From: Octopus sinensis
Taxonomy: Eukaryota
Direction: 5' to 3'
Assembly (NCBI RefSeq): GCF_006345805.1
Contig: NC_043010.1
Coordinates: 60,884,001 to 60,948,000, forward strand
DNA length: 64,000 nt
Shown here: piece by piece, positions 34,498 through 48,301 of the stretch
Layout of the letters: every line of letters starts with the position of its first letter
Position numbering within the stretch: the first letter of the stretch is position 1
Notes under the pieces: model-generated
Seen by the model: only the letters and a program-made list of their open reading frames with translations
What the model was told of the DNA's origin: nothing
Databases searched by the model: none
Translations under genes and position numbers: made by a program

Positions 34498-35699
34498 ATT
34501 TGGAGGGTCTCTTCCTCCTAGCCTTATTCTATAATAACACTGTTTACTTAAACATTATTATCATTTCTTTTTATCACAGGTTTTGTTGGAACTCCTGAAG
34601 TCTTGCATGCGTAGTGGGCTTCCTACCTGCAGCCTACGGTACCATCCTACCCGTTCTTTTCAACTACCTAATCCTTTGCTAATTATTCTGGCCGTGCCAA
34701 GGAAGCAAACGTTTTGTAACAGTTCCACTGGACACTCTTTTCCAATTTCCTTGATATTCCTCTAGATGCTTTCTGATATTATTATTATTATTATTTGTAC
34801 TGCAAAAGAAGTTGTACAATCTTGCAGTAAATTACAGACCATCGTACAAATTCAGTACTGCATAGTGTTTAACAATTCATAGCGGAAACCACGTTAAAAT
34901 AACAAAAACCTGGAAAGTGAAAATTTTGTTTAAAACTGGCCCCGACAATAATGGTGAATGTAAAAATCTAACTTGGATTTACCGAAACTGTACAATGGTT
35001 TGTAATTTACAGCGAGATTGCTTTAAATATTATATACTTTAATGCACTACAAACTTTTTTCCTGAATATGCGCTGTTGAAATTGGGGTGCGCCTTATTGT
35101 GTCCGAACAGCTTTTATGTCACGAAGGACTGGAGTTAAAAAGCTGTGCACTTCTTTCTTTCTGATTACAAAGAAAAATTAAATAAAATTTATCGTCATAA
35201 TAATCTACATTTTCGAACACATGTGTAGATGAAGTAAATACGGAGGAAAGAAACTTGGATGGTGACCTAAAGTGTAGTTATGCCATCAATATTCTAGAGA
35301 TGGTCTTACTGAATTCTCATAAAAAGAAATAATATATTTCTTAATCTCTCAGAGAGATTTATGCCGTAGCAGCACGATAAAGTGATAGTATGTTGTCAAC
35401 TTAATGTGACAGTCCCATGAAAGGGAAGAATGCTACTGTTATTTAGCCCTAGGTAACACCGTTTCCTGTTGGACTTGATATCATAAAGAAGTTTTCAATA
35501 ACTTTTTGCTTAACAAAACATCTTTAATTACAGTTACCCAAATTAGTAACTATACAATCATCATTACGCACTTTAACAGAAGTATTTTTGCTGGATAACA
35601 AACGGAAATTATATGATGAGAGGAAACTAAAGTGAATACAAACAAGATCAAAAGTAAAATAAATTGGTCTGTGAAGAAGACGACTTCTTAATAAAGCCT

Positions 35700-36830
35700 T
35701 GAACCCCCGAAGAATGGTTCTTCTCTAAAAAAAGTTGTACTTTTACTTTCTCGCAACAATTCTAATTTGTCCGACTTTTAACCGGTTTAGAATTTTATTA
35801 ATACTCCGGCATATATCCTGCTCGTTTGTTTTCTTTTCTTTTCCAATTCTTTGATAAACACAAATACAAAGAGAAGAATAAAGAAACATCCTCGTCCACT
35901 TATTTGGCGGAACGAGTTCGATCTCTTCTGTTGTCTTTCGATTTTGCTTGAATATATTTTAAGATTTTCGTCAGAAGTTGGAGAGAATTGTTTAATATCA
36001 ATATGGTTTATTAAGAGCAAATAGATTTTATATATTTCCTCAGAGTTTAACAATTCCTGCCGGAAACAATGTTTAAATAACAAAAACCCAGAAAATTTTA
36101 AAAAACTGGAACCAACAAAAACGGGGAATATAAAAAATCTAACTTGGAATTACTGAAACACTGAAAAGAAGAGATTCCGGTTGTGCTAAAATCAAACTTT
36201 TTTTTCTATCCCTGCTTCTCTTTTTTTTATCGACAACACATAAAACGTCATTTGGAGAAAATACAATTTACAAAAATACGATTCTTACCTATTATATATC
36301 GTGTGTGTGTGTATTTTATTTATTTATATACATATATGTGTGTGTAATAGGGCTGTATATATGTATAGGGTACACGTTTTACCTACATTGAAGGATTCAC
36401 TTTTCCGTTTCGGGAATTCAGGAAAACCAAATTAGATTTTAAAATTCTCCTAATTAAGGCTCCTAATTTTAATTACGCCGCTTTCCTCATCTTATAATAA
36501 TTAATAATAAATCATTTAATAATATAAATAATAAATAGACATACCAAAAATGAGATCAGTTTGATCAAAGTGTTGAAGGCAATATGCTGTGTAAAAATGT
36601 CATTCTATTCAGAAATTAAGAAAACGATCGGTCGTCAAAGATAACAAAAACAAACAAGGATGTGAAGAATATTTACAGAAACGAACAGCCATCATTGAAA
36701 TCCCGACGTCAGTCGGAAACCGGTGTAAAGTTTCTCCTGTAAAATTAGTCCATTTTTTCAAAAGGCGTTTCCGCCTAGATTAACTGTTTTTCGTCCTTTC
36801 GGGGTCGATAAATAAAGTACCTGCGGGTAG
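35700..36830. promoter_or_regulatory. CpG-retaining, repeat-poor region; candidate promoter upstream of the ankyrin gene
   Basis: Visibly more CpG than the flanks, with CGACGTCA and CCGGAA/CGGAAA motifs near 36700-36725. It lies 5' of the minus-strand ankyrin gene. Confidence 0.3.
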
Positions 36831-37239
36831 TGAGAGTATCGACTAATTCCCCACTCCCTTGTGCCTATATTAGAAATACTTATCAAGCAGTTTGGACTCG
36901 CTCATTTCAATGTGTTTAATATCAAAAATCTAGTTAGAAATAATTACATGATGAGAGAAAGAGATTAGATCAATGACTAACGTTATTTTATTTCTTTCAT
37001 TCTTTCCAGAATAATAAAAATAATATTAGTCAGTATTTAATGTTGTCATTTCCTAACTGCGTATCTAATGTAAGCTATGAACACATAAGAGGGGCAACAG
37101 TATAACAAGAAGGTTAATAGCCTTTGTGTGTGGCAGGTGTGCAGGTACAATAGACACTAAGAACATACAGGAAATAGACTTCTTCAAATGTTTGCAGTGG
37201 GGACCCTTAAAAGTAATAGGTAGCTTCCATTAACTAGGT

Positions 37240-37655
37240 GATTGAGCTAGCAGTGGTGGAGGATGCTCTGAAAGCATAGTTGCTAGTATAAGAACAGGCT
37301 GGGCAAAGTTGAGAGAGTTTCTACCTTTGTTGGTAACAAAGGGCTTTTCCATCAGAAAGAAATCAGATTGTATGATTCTTTTGTTCAGGCATCTCCCAGC
37401 TGAGAGGGATTTGCCTTGCAAGTTACTTAACAACCCCACTGGTGTTGGTGCCATGTAAAAAGCTCCAGAGCTGATGCTATATAAAAAGCACCCAATACAT
37501 TCTGTGAAGTGGTTGGCATTGAGAAGGGCATCCAGCCATGGAAACCATACCAAAGCAGACAGTGAAACCTGGTGCAGCTCTCCAGTCTTGCCAGCCCCTG
37601 TCAAACCATCCAACCCATGCCAGCATGGAAGACTGATGTTAAATGATGATGAATG
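37240..37655 (+). mobile_element. RTE-type LINE 3' portion: ORF2 fragment followed by family C 3' end
   Basis: YLGD.ASSGGGCSESIVASIRTGWAKLREFLPLLVTKG, then GAAGGGCATCCAGC ... GATGTTAAATGATGATG. Confidence 0.7.
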
Positions 37656-38140
37656 CCAAAGTGTTTCAAATTTCTTTTTCTCCTGAGTCAGGTGAGGTCT
37701 TGCATTTCCACACATGGACTTACTAAACAGACACCACACTGAAGGCAATTTAATCAACTCTACCACACCATCTTCAGATCTCTGTGTGTTCTCTTTCAAC
37801 TGAGGTCAATGCTTCTGATACACTTCTTGGAAGGAACTCAGCAAAACAAGCCACTTGCTTCTTTTTTCTTTCTTTCCACAACTCATCAAATACAGAAAGG
37901 CCCAGAACATGAATAAAGAATTGCATGTCTTTACTGAAAGCATTCAAAGATGGTGACATTTATTCAGTGTCCTACCCTTCTGCATCGTTCCCACTGATCA
38001 ACAATCACACTGCTCCCCACCCAACCATATGGTTCCAAGTACACCTTGGGCAAGTGTCTTTAACTATAGCCCTGAGCTTACCAAAGTCTTGTGAATGGAT
38101 TTGGTAGACAGCCCATCACACACAAAAGCGCGTGTGCACA

Positions 38141-38171
<31 letters not shown>

Positions 38172-39280
38172 CACACACACACACACATATATATATACAT
38201 ATATATTGATAAAAAGATAGATAGATAGACAGACAGATAGATATGCATGTGTGTGTGTATAATAGAATGTAAATACATACATATGTATATGTATGTATAT
38301 ATGACAGCAGAACATGTACGGCCTGTGGAAAGGTGTGCCATTCAGTTGGAGGATTAAAAAGACATCAAAAGACTTCATACTGGAGCACCAGTTCCTTCTG
38401 CCACCCAGCACAACTGTGCATTATGCAATAAAATGTGCAAATCTCTGGTGGGGTTCAAGAGTCATATAAGGGCCTCTACTGCATCATCAATGACTCATTT
38501 CAGTGATTCTTTGTAGCAATAGCTTTGCTTGTATATGAGAAAGCAGCCACTATGTAATATGTGTATGTGTGTATATATGTGTATATACATATGATCTCAG
38601 GATGTTGGGCCTCATGGAGGAAATGACAATGGACCGAGATGTCTGGTGATATGAAGTTCTTGAGAAGACCCACCCACGTCAATGAAACTGAGTTCTAGAA
38701 GCGCTGTGTGTCCCACCCCCATGTAACAAGAAAACCACATCGTGCACTAGACTTACCTCTCACTCCCCAATCCTGTTCTCTTGGCCCTGTGCCACTCTAT
38801 CATTGCTCTCCGCTAGCTTTCAACCTGCGACAGTGCACCTGTTTCTATTTTCATTCCTGATCTCTCTCTCTCTCTCTCTCTCCAGCCAAGTAACCTTGTA
38901 CTTCCTCTACAGCAAGACCCCTGTTTCTGTCACTCTGCCACACTATAACCTTCCATCATCCGACACAAGATCACTTCCTCCAATGCCCCCACCCTCCAAA
39001 AGAGTTTTTTTTTTTTGTCTTGCAAGTACTTGGTGACCCTGTTAATGCAGGTGCCACTTAAAAGCACCCAGTCCACACTGTAAAGTGGTTGACATTTGGA
39101 AGGACACCCAGCTGTAAAAATCTTGCCAAAACTGACTTCACCTGTGCTTGTGCCACGTAAAAAGCATTAAGTCCACTTTGCTGAGTGGTCAGTGTTAGAA
39201 AGGGAATCTAGCTGCAAAATCCTGCCAAAACAGTTACAGAAGTCTGCCTGGCCGGCTCTTGTCAAACCGTTCCAACCATA

Positions 39281-39672
39281 GGCGCAGGAGTGGCTGTGTG
39301 GTAAGTAGCTTGCTAACCAACCACATGGTTCCTGTTTCAGTCCCACTGCATGGCATCTTGGGCAAATGGCATCCGGGCCGACCAATGCCTTGTGAGTGGA
39401 TTTGGTAGACGGAAACTGAAAGAAGCCTGTCGTATATATGTATGTATATGTATGTGTGTGTCTGTGTTTGTCCCCCTAGCATTGCTTGACAACTGATGCT
39501 GGTGTGTTTACGTCCCCGTCACTTAGCGGTTCGGCAAAAAAGAGACCAATAGAATAAGTACTGGGCTTACAAAGAATAAGTCCCAGGGTCGATTTGCTCG
39601 ACTAAAGGCGGTGCTCCAGCATGGCCACAGTGAAATGACTGAAACAAGTAAAAGAGTAAAAAAGAGTAAGAG
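39281..39672 (+). mobile_element. SINE family A, full length
   Basis: Head through tail. Confidence 0.85.
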
Positions 39673-40501
39673 TATGCCAGCATGGAAGGCAGACATTAAG
39701 TGTTGGTGGTGGCGGTGGAGGTGGAGGTGGTAGTGGAGGAGGCGGAGGAGGAGGAGGATGTATGCATATGTGTGTCTATGTCAGGTCACTTATGAGTTCT
39801 CTTATGAGTGTTCTGGTGACATGGAATTCAGTACAACCTGTTGCCTGGTCAGGTCATCCACTCATAATCTAGCACCACTGACTGAATATGAAGGTCAGTT
39901 TGAAACCAATGCCATGCGACCAGCTGATTCCAGTGATGCTGCAATTCTGCTGGACAAGTCAAGAATCCTTTCTCATACCAGAACTGATGGGGTCAGAGAT
40001 ATACTTACTTGCTACTATAATCTCACTTTTAGAATATTTGATTAATCTGCATTTAGAATTGGAAAGAAAATTAAATTTGGAATGAAGCAATCCATGTGGC
40101 CACCAACCTTTAACCGAGTGACCATTTCCTTTGCACCGTTGTATATATTGTTGTGTATTAGTTCTCCTGTATAGTTTAGTAATGGTGTTAGACAGAAACC
40201 AACTGTGGGCTGTAGTCCTTGATTCATAGAGATTCTCTGGTTTATCAGCTAAAATGTTTTATGACGGGGCATTGTTCAAAAGATCTCATGTAATTATTTA
40301 AAGCTACTGAAGGCTTTTTCTAAGAAGAAGAGTGGGGGAAATTCCATGATTTGAAAGTCAAATTTGTGTGTGTGTGTGTTTGAGTGGTGGTCACATTCTC
40401 AAAAAGATGTACCACCCAATCACTAATGAACCATATTTGTAGAAACATTTTGCTGCATGAAGGATTAAACCAATTTATTTTCCTTTTTCTAACTGACTTT
40501 T

Positions 40502-40533
40502 GGGTGGGGTGGGGTGGGGTGGGGTGGGGTGGT
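40502..40533 (+). repeat. (GGGGT)n microsatellite, G-quadruplex-capable
   Basis: Six or more G-runs separated by single T. Confidence 0.85.
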
Positions 40534-41114
40534 GAGATGAGACCTTCTTTAACCTATTAGTGTTCAGACTACTCAGAGAGGTGTAATGTTCATTAACATT
40601 ATTTTGGATCAACCATGCATTATCTCATAGCTTTGAGATTTGAAAGATGTGATTGTTTATTTTTTAGAAAGACATTGTAGGGTAAGAGTGAGAGTTCAGA
40701 TCTGAACATAAAATAGGTGGAGCATTTGGGTCAGATATGGCCTGCATGAACGGCAAAGGGTTAAGCCATTCCACACTAACACCAGTTGTAATGGAATTAA
40801 GCTTTATCAAAGATGTCTTAATCTGAGGGATAAATTGGAGATTCTTCAACTAATTGCAGCAACAAAGTTCCCAACCATGCTTATCAGTGGGTGAGTGGAA
40901 TTAATATTAATATACAAGCATATATATATGATTGCCTCATAAGGCTTATGTAGAGGGGAATGCTTCTTATCTTAAAATCTAAAGTGGTGTTCAAAATGTC
41001 AACTGTAGCTAGAATGAGGATGATTGTCATGTTTAAGCCATATTCCTTGCAGTGTCTGATTGCTAAAAATTACTATGTCATTCATTGTTTGCACAAACCC
41101 AATCTCTTAAGATG

Positions 41115-41480
41115 GGTGAACACTTCTTGAAAGTGTGCCTCGACTGGCTTCCGTCCCGGTGGCATGTAAAAAGCACCATCCGAATCGTGGCCGATGCCAG
41201 TGCCGCCTCGACTGGCTTCTGTGCCGGTGGCACGTAAAATGCACCAATCTGACCGTGGCCGTTGCCAGCCTAGCCTGGCACCTGTGCAGGTGGCATGTAA
41301 AAAGCACCCACTACACTCACGGAGTGGTTGGTGTTAGGAAGGGCATCCAGCTGTAGAAACATTGCCAGATAAGACTGGAGCCTGGTGCAGCCTTCTGGCT
41401 TCCCAGATCCCCGGTCGAACCGTCCAACCCATGCTAGCATGGAGAACGGACGTTAAACGATGATGATGATGATGATGATG
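41115..41480 (+). mobile_element. Family C (RTE 3' end) element
   Basis: Internal repeats, body and (GAT)n tail. Confidence 0.75.
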
Positions 41481-42386
41481 ATATATATATCTCCCTCCTC
41501 CAGCTGACAGTTTTTTTGTACTTTTTCATGATGGAAAAAACACCTTTTGTGGCCGTTATAACGAAATTGCTTTCTTATATCAGAGTAATAAGGCATTTCA
41601 ATAGAACATCTTTACCCCAGGGAATTACTGGGTACACCAGCTAGTATATATATATATATGTTTGTGTGTGTGTGTGTGTTTGTCTCCCTATCATTGCTTA
41701 ACTACTGATGTTGGTGGGTTTACGTCCCCGTAACTTAGCAGTTCGGGAATAGATACCGACAGAATAAGTATTAGGCTAACAAAGAATAAGATCCTGGGTT
41801 CGATTTGTTCAACTAAAGGTGGTGCTCCAGTATGGCCGCGGTCAAATAACTGAAACAAAAGAATGTGCATGTGTGTATGTGTGCATGTATGTGTATGTGT
41901 GTGTGAAAGTGCGTGAGAGTGTGCACATACTGTAACACACACCAATCTACTAATAAACAGTAATAAACAATTTGATAACATACACAGACACACACACACA
42001 CATATGTATGTATGCGTATATATGTATATATATGTGTGTGTATGTATGTATGTATATATATGTGTGTATGTATATATGTGTGTGTGTGTTTGTGTGTACA
42101 TCTCTCTCTCCACCCCATATACACATATACATTCGATCCGTTTTCAAAGGAATCTACTGCTCGTAGCTTAGTTTTTCCTTGGGGCTGGCCAGATTGGAGC
42201 AATCTCAAGATTAATCAGCTGAAATTTCGAGGATGACCCGGTTCTTGACTGAAGATTAAAGGCTTCGAATGACCCGTCTGTGTTTTTTGTATCATCTAAC
42301 TGGATGTTTTGTGTTCTTGTCCCATTTTGAATTTTTTGTATATATATATATAGCGGCATACGTACACTTTGTTCTCTTATATGTAA

Positions 42387-42422
<36 letters not shown>

Positions 42423-42527
42423 GAATGTGTGTATGACTGAAGATTGACGGCTTCGAATGTCCCGTCCGTGTTTTTTGTATCGTCTTCTAAATGTTTTACG
42501 TTCTTGTCCCAGTTTGTATTTTTCTAC

Positions 42528-42820
42528 ATCATCATCATCATCGTTTAGCGTCCACTTTCCATGCTAGCATGGGTTGGACGGGTCAACTGGGGTCTGTGAA
42601 GCTGGAAGGCTTCGTCAGGCCCAGTCAGATCTGGCAGTGTTTCTACGGCTGGATGCCCTTCCTAACGCCAACCACTCCGCGAGTGTAGTGGGTGTTTTTT
42701 ACGTGCCACCGACACGGGGCCAGACAGAGCTGGCAACCGGCCACGAACGGACGGTGCTTTTACGTGTCACTGGCACGGGGGCCAGCCGAGGCTGGCAACG
42801 GACGCGAACAGATGGTGCTT
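42528..42820 (-). mobile_element. Family C (RTE 3' end) element
   Basis: (CAT)n tail, body and internal repeats. Confidence 0.75.
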
Positions 42821-43213
42821 ATATAATAATATATATACACACATATATATTTATGTTTATATATATATACATAAATATATATGTATATATATATGTGTAT
42901 GTATATATATATATCGTTGACGTTCTCAAATGATCTTTGTACTTGTGATATTTTACTGTTTTTACCTCCATATCTTCGTGAGTTATTTTTGAGTAAACAT
43001 TATCTGAGAGAAATTTTCTTAAAGTAGTGGAAATGGCTAAAAAACTTTTTGGCTGCTATTTCTAGAAAGTTCAGTATGTGGCAAAGTAATTTATTTTACT
43101 AAGCCCTAATTATATAATGTAATGTTTTGAATTCGCCTTAAATGGTCCTTTTACATACTGAACACTACTTTGGTGAAATTGATTAATAACTAATTAGTTT
43201 TACCCTCAATTGT

Positions 43214-43253
<40 letters not shown>

Positions 43254-43314
43254 ATATATGTGTGTATATACATATTTATGTGTATATATATATTTAAAAA
43301 TATATACATATGCT

Positions 43315-43630
43315 ATAGCCCCGGGCCGGCCAATGCCTTGTGAGTGGATTTGGTAGACGGAAACTGAAAGAAGCCTGTTGTATATATGTATATATATATA
43401 AGTGTGTGTGTATATGTTTGTGTGTCTGTGTTTGTCCCCCCAGCATTGCTTGACAACCGATGCTGGTGTGTTTACGTCCCCGTCACTTAGCGGTTCGGCA
43501 AAAGAGACCGATAGAATAAGTACTGGGCTTACAAAGAATAAGTCCCGGGGTCGATTTGCTCGACTAAAGGCGGTGCTCCAGCATGGCCACAGTCAAATGA
43601 CTGAAACAAGTAAAAGAGTAAAAGAGTATA
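43315..43630 (+). mobile_element. SINE family A, 5'-truncated
   Basis: Half head, microsatellite and 3' module. Confidence 0.8.
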
Positions 43631-44019
43631 TACATATATACACACACATGTATGTATATGAATATCCTTTTGATATTGTCAGTCGGTTGAGTGTAAGTAA
43701 AAGAGCCGACAATTGTGTGGTGTTATTGTAGAATGAGTAAAAAGAAATAAAAAGCAGAAGATGACAGAAAAAGAAAAGAGTATTTTCAGTTTGTGGTTTG
43801 TGGAAGTCAGACTGTTGCATGTTGACATGCAAAACTGGGTTATTTCAGAAATGCAACTGGTGCAGTTCACACTGCAGTTATGCAATGTGTCTCTATTGAT
43901 TTTATTGATATTTCAAAATTGGCATATGTGGATGATCGGTGCAGTGATGTTGCAAGTGGCAACCTTCACACAAGATGCAACCTCTATATTCCGATTTCGG
44001 TAAACAGGTTAAATGGTAA

Positions 44020-44458
44020 ATGATTCGAACTTCACTGAAATTTGGGGAGGGGTTATAGTCGATTACATCGACCCCCAGTACTCGACTGGTACTTAATTTA
44101 TTGACCCCCAAAACGAAGAAAGGCAAAATCAAACTCAGAATGTAGTAGCAGATGAAATACTGCTAAGCATACTAACGATTCTGCCAGCTCACCACCTTAA
44201 TAATAATAATAATAATAATCATGATGATAATAATAATAATAATCCTTTCTACTGGAAGCAAAAGGTCTCAAATTTGGGGGGAGGGATTAAGTCGATTACA
44301 CCAACCTCAGTACATAACTGGTACTTATTTAATCAACCTCAAAAAGATGAAAGGCAAAGTAGACTTCAGTGGAATTTGAACTCAGAGCATAAAGATGGAT
44401 GAAATACTGCTAAGCATTTTGTCCAGCACGCTAACAGTTCTGTCAGCTCGCCACCTTA
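44020..44458 (-). mobile_element. Two SINE family B copies separated by (AAT)n
   Basis: Reverse-complement bodies at about 44020-44198 and 44235-44458. Confidence 0.7.
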
Positions 44459-47049
44459 ATAATAATAATAATAACAATAATAATAATAATAATAATAAAT
44501 AATAAATGCCCTGATGCAGTACCAGGCAGTGGCTCTCATGGCTTCTGATCTTAACTGATTGGAAGTGTTATCATGTACATTGTTTTGTCTTGGTATAAAA
44601 GATGGGCTACAGCAAATATTCTGCTCAATACCATGGATTTGCTTGTCAGTTGCTTGACCTTAACAAGTTGAGCATGTCCTTTGGTGGCTAATGATATATG
44701 CATCTCTGATCATGAGCAGAAGTAGTGGGGGAGCATCATAGCCATGTGTTGAGAGTAATTCTTTGGGGTTTGAATAATTCACCTATGGAAATAAGGGTGT
44801 TTTGTTCAACATCCTTAAACAACCCTTATTCGGGGACCTTTTGAGTGGGATGGGCTACTCGACTTGAAGAAAATTCTAACTGGGCCCCACCTGCAAGGTC
44901 ACATGTTGTTTATCTTGATATAAGATCCCCATGTTGCACACATATGGTTGTGATGCATGTGCCTGGGTACCCTTATCAGATGGGTGGTCATGATGGGTAT
45001 ACTGGGCTTCGTATATTTTACCCCAGTGTCACTTTGATGGCATGCACTGCTCTCTCACTCAATAATAATGGTTTCTAAATTAGGTAGAAGCTAGCAGTTT
45101 TGAGAGGAGAGGCTAACTGATTACACTGATCCCAGTATATGACTGGTACTTTCTTTTATTGACCCTGGAGGGATGAAAGGCAAAGATGACTTCTGAGTCA
45201 CAAGTAAATACTGCAAGGCATGTCTGATGCTCTACCGATTCTGCCAATCCACTGCAACAATGGGGAGAGGAATAAGAGGGTGCAGCAGCAGCATGTACCC
45301 CAGTATAACCTGTTGCCTGGCGACTAAGCCAGTCCCCATCCAATTAACTTGGTGGGGAGGGTCACTAGAAAAACCCAGCAAATCCTATAAAGGGTCACGG
45401 GCTAGCAAACCCTTCAGAGAATAAATACCAGGACAGGGTCTGGCATAAAATAACAAGTGGAAAGCAACCAATTTAGGGATATAACCCTAAAACCTCTATA
45501 GAGGTTTTAGGTATACTCTGGCTATAGACCCACGATACTCAGATAACACAGACAAAAAGTTTATCAAACCCTAATCTCTTTAAAAACGATTGGCTGTATT
45601 AATCCCTTGGCAGCCAGCTTCCTCCATCAAATGTATTTATTTCTTCACATTGTTTTGAATTAATCATGGATTATTTTGTAGCTTCAAGATTTCAATGGTG
45701 TGTTTGTAAATGTTTAGAATGACATTGTAGGATGGGTGTGAGAGGCTGGATCTGGTTTGTTTAAGCATAAAACGGGGAGAATATACGGCACCAGTAATGG
45801 ACTGATTAAATGCTAAAGGGCATATTAAAGAATCTAGTCTGGGATACTTGGAGAGAAGGTGGGACGGTCATGGCTGGAACAACTTTGATAAAAGGTCTGC
45901 TCAATCGGGGTCAACCTGGGGTTAAATAGCAGCAACCTATTGTCCACGTTCAGCAAATTAATAACTAATTTGTCACTTGATTTCCTTTCATAAACTTTTT
46001 CATTCCAGCAGTCGACACCAGGACTTACTTTGCTTTCTGATAGCTACAGCTGTTGTTGTTGGTGATGGTGGTGGTGGTGGTATAGGTGTCGTTGTTGACA
46101 TTCAAGTGAATTTGTTCAGCAAATGTCATCCTTGTTGCTGATGTAGACTGAAGGTGGTACATACACATATACATATGAGCACACACACACACACACACGT
46201 GCATATATCATCTTGATAACCTTATGTCTGGTTTTTACCAAACTGGCATAGAGTGGATGTGTGTCACCATCTCTCTCCCTTCATTTTTCACACACACAAC
46301 CACATACATATTTATATACACACACACATGCTAAAAACTGCATGCATTAACTGATTAAATGAGAAGCCATTCATTCTTAGCCACAGTTAATCATGTTAGT
46401 GATGGTATAACTGATGAGGACTAATAAGGTTGAAATGTCAGAGTTGTCTCACCTTACTGCCAGCATCAAACTCACTCTACACTACAATGTCCACATTCTA
46501 TTTTTTATCACATTTTAATTAAAAATTCCTGAGTTGCTTCCCTTCCCTTTTGTGACCAGAGTTGATCAGTAAAGTAATGATTTGTTCGTTTGTTTTTCTC
46601 ATCACCACAGATGTAAAATTAATCAAATGATTTCTTATCTGAATACGTTATGTTAGCGACAGTCTGTAATCAGTGTCTCAGGCCAAAGTTTGAGCTAAGC
46701 CATCAATTAGGCTGAAAATCAACATCAGTCGACATGTTTTCATGAACCAACAAAGGAACAATTACACAATCATTCAGTCTGCTAGAAAAAGCAGTCAAAT
46801 CTTCCTCAAATTACATTCTGACAGCTTAAAAGTAAAGGATACTCTATATAGTATAGTTTAGTTTCTGTCAACACATTTAATGAAAGGAGCATTAAATGCG
46901 TTAATTAGAAATAACAATGTGATGAGGAACAATGTTAGTCAATGACTAATATTGTTTTAAACCTTCCATCAAGAAAAGATGACTCTTGACATATTTCACT
47001 CTTATTATGACCTCCTCAGTAAGACATAAAGGGCCACTTGTCAATCATG

Positions 47050-47270
47050 CATCTATACACGTGTTAGCATGCTGGGTGAAATGCTTAGCAGTATTTCATC
47101 TGCCATTACGTTCAGAGTTCAAATTCTGCTGAAGTTGACTTTGCCTTTCATCCTTTCGGGGTCGATCAAATAAGTACCAGTTATGCACTGGGGTCGATGT
47201 AATCAACTTAATCCCTTTGTCTGTCCTAGTTTGTCCCCTCTATGTTTAGCCCCTTGTGGGCAATAAAGAC
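47050..47270 (+). mobile_element. SINE family B
   Basis: GTTAGCATGCTGGGTGAAATGCTTAGC ... TTAGCCCCTTGTGGGCAATAAAG. Confidence 0.8.
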
Positions 47271-48043
47271 ACAGATTGTTTTTTTGAGAAAGACAAGCAG
47301 CTGCCCATGTATGCAAGCCTCCCCTTATCACGATGCTGATGTTTATCCAAAGGAAAGGCCACCAACTTGGGCCATTACCACTCGGCATTAGTGTTGTTGC
47401 AGAGGTTACAGTCAGAACAAAAAGAACTCGTCTCACTTGGCACACCCATTATATTTAGTAACCAGTGCACGCAAAAATCTGGTGTGTACTCAGGAAAATT
47501 AACATGTGCATAAAAAAATTAGTGACCCAAAATAGTGGAGTAGTAGGAGTGGCCGTGTGGTTTAAGGAGGTTGCTTCAGAACCATGAGGTTTCAGGTTCA
47601 GTTCTGCTGTAGAGCAGCTGAGGCAAAAGATTTCTATTCGCTCCGAGTACACCAAGGCCTTGGGAATGAATTTGGTAGACAGAAACTGTACAAAACACAC
47701 ATACGCACACATGCAAATATGTGTGTGTGTCTATGTATATATGTATATGAGTGTATATATGTATATATGTATATGAGTGTATATATGTATATATGTATAT
47801 GAGTGTATATATGTATATATGTATATATGTATATATGTATATGAGTGTATGAGTCCATGAGAATATTTATGTTTTGCGATTGCAACAACAAGATTCTAGT
47901 ATTCTTCGTCATAATTTCTTTAACAATAAATCATCCTGTCTCTCTCTCTGAGATTTCAAAGAAGTGCAGAGTGCAACAACAAAGAAACTCCTTAGAAAAT
48001 TACTATTTGTAAATCTCTCAATGAGAGATATTCAGCAACAGTA

Positions 48044-48301
48044 CTTTGGAGTAAAGGTTGTTTGCCAACATAACATGGCAGTCCTGGTTTAGGACGAATG
48101 TTGCTGTAATTTAGCCCCAGAAGACATCAACTCCAGCTGGCTATACAACACAATGTGTGTCCTTATATTTTTGAAAATATAAGGACACAGATCATGTCAT
48201 ATAGCTAGCTGGAGTTGATGTCTCTTGGGGCTAAATTACAGCAACATTCGTCCTAAACCAGGACTGCCATGTTATGTTGGCAAACAATCTTTACTCCAAA
48301 G
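48044..48301. repeat. Near-perfect 258-bp palindrome (foldback element)
   Basis: Arm CTTTGGAGTAAAGGTTG...CCAGCTGGCTATA is mirrored by TATAGCTAGCTGG...CTTTACTCCAAAG. An inner hairpin reads TGTGTCCTTATATTT/AAATATAAGGACACA. Confidence 0.9.

Noticed and set aside
35787-36083. 98-aa minus ORF
   Set aside because: It has a non-ATG start and AT-driven composition, with no recognisable domain.
39758-40045. 95-aa plus ORF
   Set aside because: It starts in a microsatellite and has no domain or consistent splice partners.
42215-42530. Two CTGAAGA...CGAAT repeats as hammerheads
   Set aside because: The motif has GAAT instead of GAAA, and there is no convincing stem I or stem II.
44500-45075. Possible interspersed repeat
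   Set aside because: There is a single copy in the window and no diagnostic termini or ORF, so it cannot be supported from this sequence.
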